Of a DNA stretch of 32,000 nucleotides, positions 29,182 through 32,000 are shown in pieces. The notes beneath the pieces were generated by a model. It had not been told where the DNA came from. It saw nothing but the letters and a program-made list of their open reading frames with translations, and made no database searches. Made by a program: the position numbers and the translations under genes. The number at the start of each line of letters is the position of its first letter. Position 1 is the stretch's first letter. This DNA is from Methylorubrum extorquens (GTDB taxonomy: Bacteria; Pseudomonadota; Alphaproteobacteria; Rhizobiales; Beijerinckiaceae): contig LT962688.1 in assembly GCA_900234795.1 (NCBI GenBank), positions 1,350,001-1,382,000 of the forward strand, in the 5' to 3' direction.

Positions 29182-29715
29182 TCAGACCTTCTCGACTTGA
29201 CCGTATTCCAGCTCGACCGGGGTGGCGCGGCCGAAGATCGACACCGCCACCTTGAGGCGCGAGCGGGCGTCGTCGATTTCCTCGACGGTGCCGTTGAAGG
29301 AGGCGAAGGGGCCGTCAGAGACGCGCACGGTCTCGCCGATCTCGAAGGAGACGGTATGCTTCGGGCGATCCACGCCCTCCTGCACCTGCCCCTTGATGCG
29401 CTCGGCCTCGGCGTCCGGGATCGGCACGGGCTTGGCCTTGTCGGCGCCCAGGAAGCCGGTCACCTTCGGGGTGTTCTTGATGAGGTGGTAGACCTCGTCG
29501 GTCAGGTCGCACTTCACGAGCACGTAGCCCGGGAAGAACTTGCGCTCGGCATCGACCTTACGGCCGCGGCGCACCTCGGTGACCTTCTCGGTCGGCACCA
29601 TGACCTCGTCGAACAGTTCGGTCAGCCCACGCTGGGCCGCCTGATCCTTGATGGACTGGGCGACCTTATTCTCGAAGTTCGAGTAGGCGTGGACGATGTA
29701 CCAGCGCTTCGACAC
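29182..29715 (-). CDS. nusG: Transcription termination/antitermination protein NusG
   Basis: 177 aa. (GTG start) MSKRWYIVHAYSNFENKVAQSIKDQ...FPGYVLVK... with a C-terminal KOW region GETVRVSDGPFASFNGTVEEID. Confidence 0.96.
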   Translation of the reverse strand: MSKRWYIVHAYSNFENKVAQSIKDQAAQRGLTELFDEVMVPTEKVTEVRRGRKVDAERKFFPGYVLVKCDLTDEVYHLIKNTPKVTGFLGADKAKPVPIPDAEAERIKGQVQEGVDRPKHTVSFEIGETVRVSDGPFASFNGTVEEIDDARSRLKVAVSIFGRATPVELEYGQVEKV

Positions 29716-29758
29716 GGGTCTCTCAACTCCTCGGCGTCCGTAAGACGCCTGCGATGAC

Positions 29759-30061
29759 TCAGGCGCCGATCCCGAGGACCAGGCTGACGGCGAAGCGCAT
29801 CACCTGATCGACGGCGACGAAGAACAGGCTCGCGACGACGACCATGATGAACACCATGATGGTGGTCACGGTGGTTTCCTTGCGGGTCGGCCACGTGACC
29901 TTGCGGCCCTCGTCGCGCACTTCGCCCAGGAACTCCACAGGGCCCACCCGCTTCGGCGCGGGGCGCGCGGGCCGGGTCGGGCGCTGGGGCGCGACGGGGG
30001 CCGTGCCGCGTTTGGGTCCGCGGGCCGCGTCGGCTTTCTTGGTCGCTTCGTTCGATGCCAT
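29759..30061 (-). CDS. secE: Preprotein translocase subunit SecE
   Basis: The conserved position between tRNA-Trp and nusG supports the call, as does the C-terminal VEFLGEVRDEGRKVTWPTRKETTVTTIMVFIMVVVASLFFVAVD motif plus TM helix. The start is taken as the ATG at 30061 (MASNEATKK...). The track start at 30139 is probably too far upstream. Confidence 0.85.
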   Translation of the reverse strand: MASNEATKKADAARGPKRGTAPVAPQRPTRPARPAPKRVGPVEFLGEVRDEGRKVTWPTRKETTVTTIMVFIMVVVASLFFVAVDQVMRFAVSLVLGIGA

Positions 30062-30258
30062 GGCGCAACTGAAACCGGACAGGGCTCCGGGAACCACCGA
30101 TCGCGGTGCGGGGACAATCGCGTCCCACACCGACAGCATCTGAGGATCTCGGAATGCGCCCGCTCTAGCGCAAGTGATCCGGCTTGTCGATGGGTTCGGG
30201 ACGGGGTGCCGCGGGTCGGATGCCAGGTCGGTCTCGGCGTCGGGCTCGGTGGGCGCCG

Positions 30259-30335
30259 TGGCAGGAGTGGAGGGACTCGAACCCCCAACCCCCGGTTTTG
30301 GAGACCGGTGCTCTGACCAGTTGAGCTACACTCCT
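30259..30335 (-). tRNA. trnW: tRNA-Trp (anticodon CCA), CCA end encoded
   Basis: The minus strand reads AGGAGTGTAGCTCAACTGGTCAGAGCACCGGTCTCCAAAACCGGGGGTTGGGGGTTCGAGTCCCTCCACTCCTGCCA. It has a 7-bp acceptor stem, D arm GCTC/GAGC, anticodon stem CCGGT/ACCGG with loop CTCCAAA, and a T loop TTCGAGT. Confidence 0.95.
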
Positions 30336-30416
30336 ACGGCGCGCGCGGCGCGGCTCGCGTCATGCCGCAACCTGCGGCCCAAAGCAAGGGCAGGACGTCA
30401 GCAAGCAGAGTCATCG

Positions 30417-30983
30417 CTATTCGTCGTCCAGCTCGAAATCCGCATCCGCGAAGGGATAGGCCGCCTCGACGAGGTAGGGCCCGCCGCCGCGCGAGGTGCG
30501 GGCGGAGAACAGGGCTGCGCGGCGCGCCGTGAAGGTCAGACGGGGAAACACCCCCGCCTCCGTCAGCCTTCGCGCCACGGCCTCCGGCGAGGCCTCGCGG
30601 TTGAGGCGGGCCAGCGTCACATGCGGCGTGAACTTGCGCCGCTCCGGCGCGGCACCGGCCCGGCGGGCGATACGCTCGTGCTCTTCCTGCAAATCGATGA
30701 GTTCCGGCGTGGGGACGACCGAGGCGTAGAGCGCCCGCGGCCGGTCTCCGCCGAAGCTCGCGAGCCCGTCCAGCGTCACGGTGAGCGGCGCGCGCACCCG
30801 CGCCTCCCGCAGGCCGGCATCGACATCGGCAGCGATCATGTCGTCGATCTCGCCGAGGAAGCGCAGGGTGACGTGGTAGTCGCTCGGCTCGATCCAGCGC
30901 GCGCCGGGCAGGCCGCCACGGAAGAACGACAGCCGCTCGGCGATGTCCGGCGGAATCTCGATGCCGGTGAACAGGCGCGGCAT
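30417..30983 (-). CDS. thpR: RNA 2',3'-cyclic phosphodiesterase (2H phosphoesterase / LigT-ThpR family)
   Basis: 188 aa with the two HxT/Sx motifs of the 2H superfamily: YHVTLRFLG and PHVTLARL. The N-terminus MPRLFTGIEIP is typical of the family. Confidence 0.88.
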   Translation of the reverse strand: MPRLFTGIEIPPDIAERLSFFRGGLPGARWIEPSDYHVTLRFLGEIDDMIAADVDAGLREARVRAPLTVTLDGLASFGGDRPRALYASVVPTPELIDLQEEHERIARRAGAAPERRKFTPHVTLARLNREASPEAVARRLTEAGVFPRLTFTARRAALFSARTSRGGGPYLVEAAYPFADADFELDDE

Positions 30984-30989
30984 AATTCG

Positions 30990-31676
30990 CTACCCCTTCT
31001 TCTCCGGATTCTGGCCCAGGCGGCCCAGGAAGGTTTCGACGCTCGGCAGGATGCCCTCGACGATCCGCTCGACGCCCTTGGCGGTGGGGTGCAGCCCGTC
31101 ATCCATGGTGTTGGCGCGCTGGCCCGTCACGCCGTCGAGAAAGAACGGGTAGAGCACGAGGCCGTGCGCCTTGGCCAAGTCGGGATAGATCGCGTCGAAC
31201 CGGGCGCGGTACTCCGTGCCGAGGTTCGGTGCGGCCAGCATGCCGGCGAGCAGCACCGGAATGTTGCGCTCCTTCAGCCGCGCGATGATCGTCTCGAGCG
31301 CCTTGCGCGTCACCGCCGGATCGGTGCCGCGCAGCATGTCGTTGGCGCCGAGTTCGAGAATCACGCCCTGCGTGCCGTCCGGCACCGACCAGTCGAGCCG
31401 GTCGAGCCCGCCGGTGCTGGTGTCGCCCGACACGCCGGCATTGGCGATCTCGACCCGGTACCCCTTGGCCTTCAGCGCCCGCTCCAGCACCGCGGGAAAG
31501 GCGGCGTCGGCCGGCAGGCGGTAGCCCGCGGTGAGGCTGTCGCCGAAGGCCACGAGCTTGAGCGGCGCCGGCTCGGCACGGGCCGAGCCGGGCAGCAGGC
31601 CCGCGGCGCCGACGAGCGTAGCTGCGGCTAAGAGGAGCATCAGCGCGGCCCTGCGCCGAAGGCGGCGCGGCCCCAC
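30990..31676 (-). CDS. SGNH/GDSL hydrolase, TesA-like arylesterase/thioesterase/lysophospholipase
   Basis: Block I is LVAFGDSLTAGY, block II is NAGVSGDTS, block III is ELGANDMLRG and block V is DGLHPT. A signal-like N-terminus (RRLRRRAALMLLLAAATLVGAAGLLPGSARA) follows the GTG at 31676. Alternative starts are the ATGs at 31640 and 31784; the track start at 31937 is probably too long. Confidence 0.8.
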   Translation of the reverse strand: MGPRRLRRRAALMLLLAAATLVGAAGLLPGSARAEPAPLKLVAFGDSLTAGYRLPADAAFPAVLERALKAKGYRVEIANAGVSGDTSTGGLDRLDWSVPDGTQGVILELGANDMLRGTDPAVTRKALETIIARLKERNIPVLLAGMLAAPNLGTEYRARFDAIYPDLAKAHGLVLYPFFLDGVTGQRANTMDDGLHPTAKGVERIVEGILPSVETFLGRLGQNPEKKG

Positions 31677-31854
31677 ATCGGGTGCGGCCGCCTCGCGCCG
31701 GGCGTCCAAGCATGACACAAGCCTGCCGGGTCCGGCTTCCGCTTCGTTCGCATGGTGCAAGACCGTATCCTTTCGCTCGGACATGTCCGGGTGGTTGCCA
31801 AGCTGCTCGCCAACTTCCCTGCCAAGATTCCCCGCCAAGATCGGTCGGTGCCTG

Positions 31855-32000
31855 ATGTCGAACAAGGCCGTCTCTCTGTCGCAGATCGAGCTGAGCCTCG
31901 GCCGCGGCCCCGCGCGGGTGCATGTCCTGCGCGGCATCTCGCTCGATGTCGAGCGCGGCGAGGCGGTCGGACTCGTCGGCCCGTCGGGTTCGGGAAAATC
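31855..32000 (+). CDS. ABC transporter ATP-binding protein, N-terminal fragment (YbbA/LolD-like), runs off the window end
   Basis: Not in the ORF track. My translation from the ATG at 31855 gives MSNKAVSLSQIELSLGRGPARVHVLRGISLDVERGEAVGLVGPSGSGK(S), with a Walker A motif. It is divergent from the TesA-like gene, as tesA/ybbA are in E. coli. Confidence 0.8.
   Translation, partial: MSNKAVSLSQIELSLGRGPARVHVLRGISLDVERGEAVGLVGPSGSGK

Noticed and set aside
30259-30335. tRNA-Trp as an integration site for a genomic island
   Set aside because: There is no integrase next to it and I noticed no direct repeat of the tRNA 3' end elsewhere in the window. tRNA-Trp upstream of secE-nusG is the conserved ancestral position.

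Overview
This is a high-GC alphaproteobacterial chromosome segment. The RpoB/RpoC/ribosomal-protein sequences and the CCCTCTCCCCGC..GCGGGGAGAGGG intergenic palindromes suggest a Methylobacterium-like member of the Hyphomicrobiales, but that is inference and no search was run. The window is mostly housekeeping. On the minus strand, tRNA-Trp-secE-nusG-rplK-rplA lies at 30335..27795 and rplJ-rplL-rpoB-rpoC (rpoC truncated by the window edge) at 7747..1. About 20 kb of unrelated genes separates these two normally adjacent halves. Those genes are:
- a Porin_O_P-like outer-membrane porin
- a class-B (B12-binding) radical SAM enzyme of the HpnP-like/DUF4070 type
- an MHYT-PAS-GGDEF-EAL signalling protein
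- a TyrA-like dehydrogenase
- a frameshifted FadL/TodX-family outer-membrane channel
- an FAH-family hydrolase
- a small secreted Cys-containing protein
- bioB and aspS
- a GT2 glycosyltransferase overlapping an acyltransferase-3 gene
- a complete ferredoxin / ferredoxin reductase / cytochrome P450 operon

The right end carries thpR, a TesA-like SGNH hydrolase and the start of a divergent YbbA-like ABC ATPase. I see no transposase, integrase, CRISPR array, toxin-antitoxin pair or recognisable defence gene, and no clear-cut novel system. The features most worth follow-up are:
1. The GT2-acyltransferase-Fdx-FdR-P450 block, which is bracketed by related palindromic repeat clusters.
2. The HpnP-like radical SAM gene, with its AT-rich island and long GC-rich leader.
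3. The interrupted rplKA/rplJL-rpoBC synteny, with about 0.85 kb of unexplained non-coding DNA upstream of rplJ.
4. The single-base frameshift in the FadL-family gene.

Many long ORFs in the supplied track are antisense or off-frame shadows typical of high-GC DNA. Several track ORFs also start upstream of the likely true start codon.
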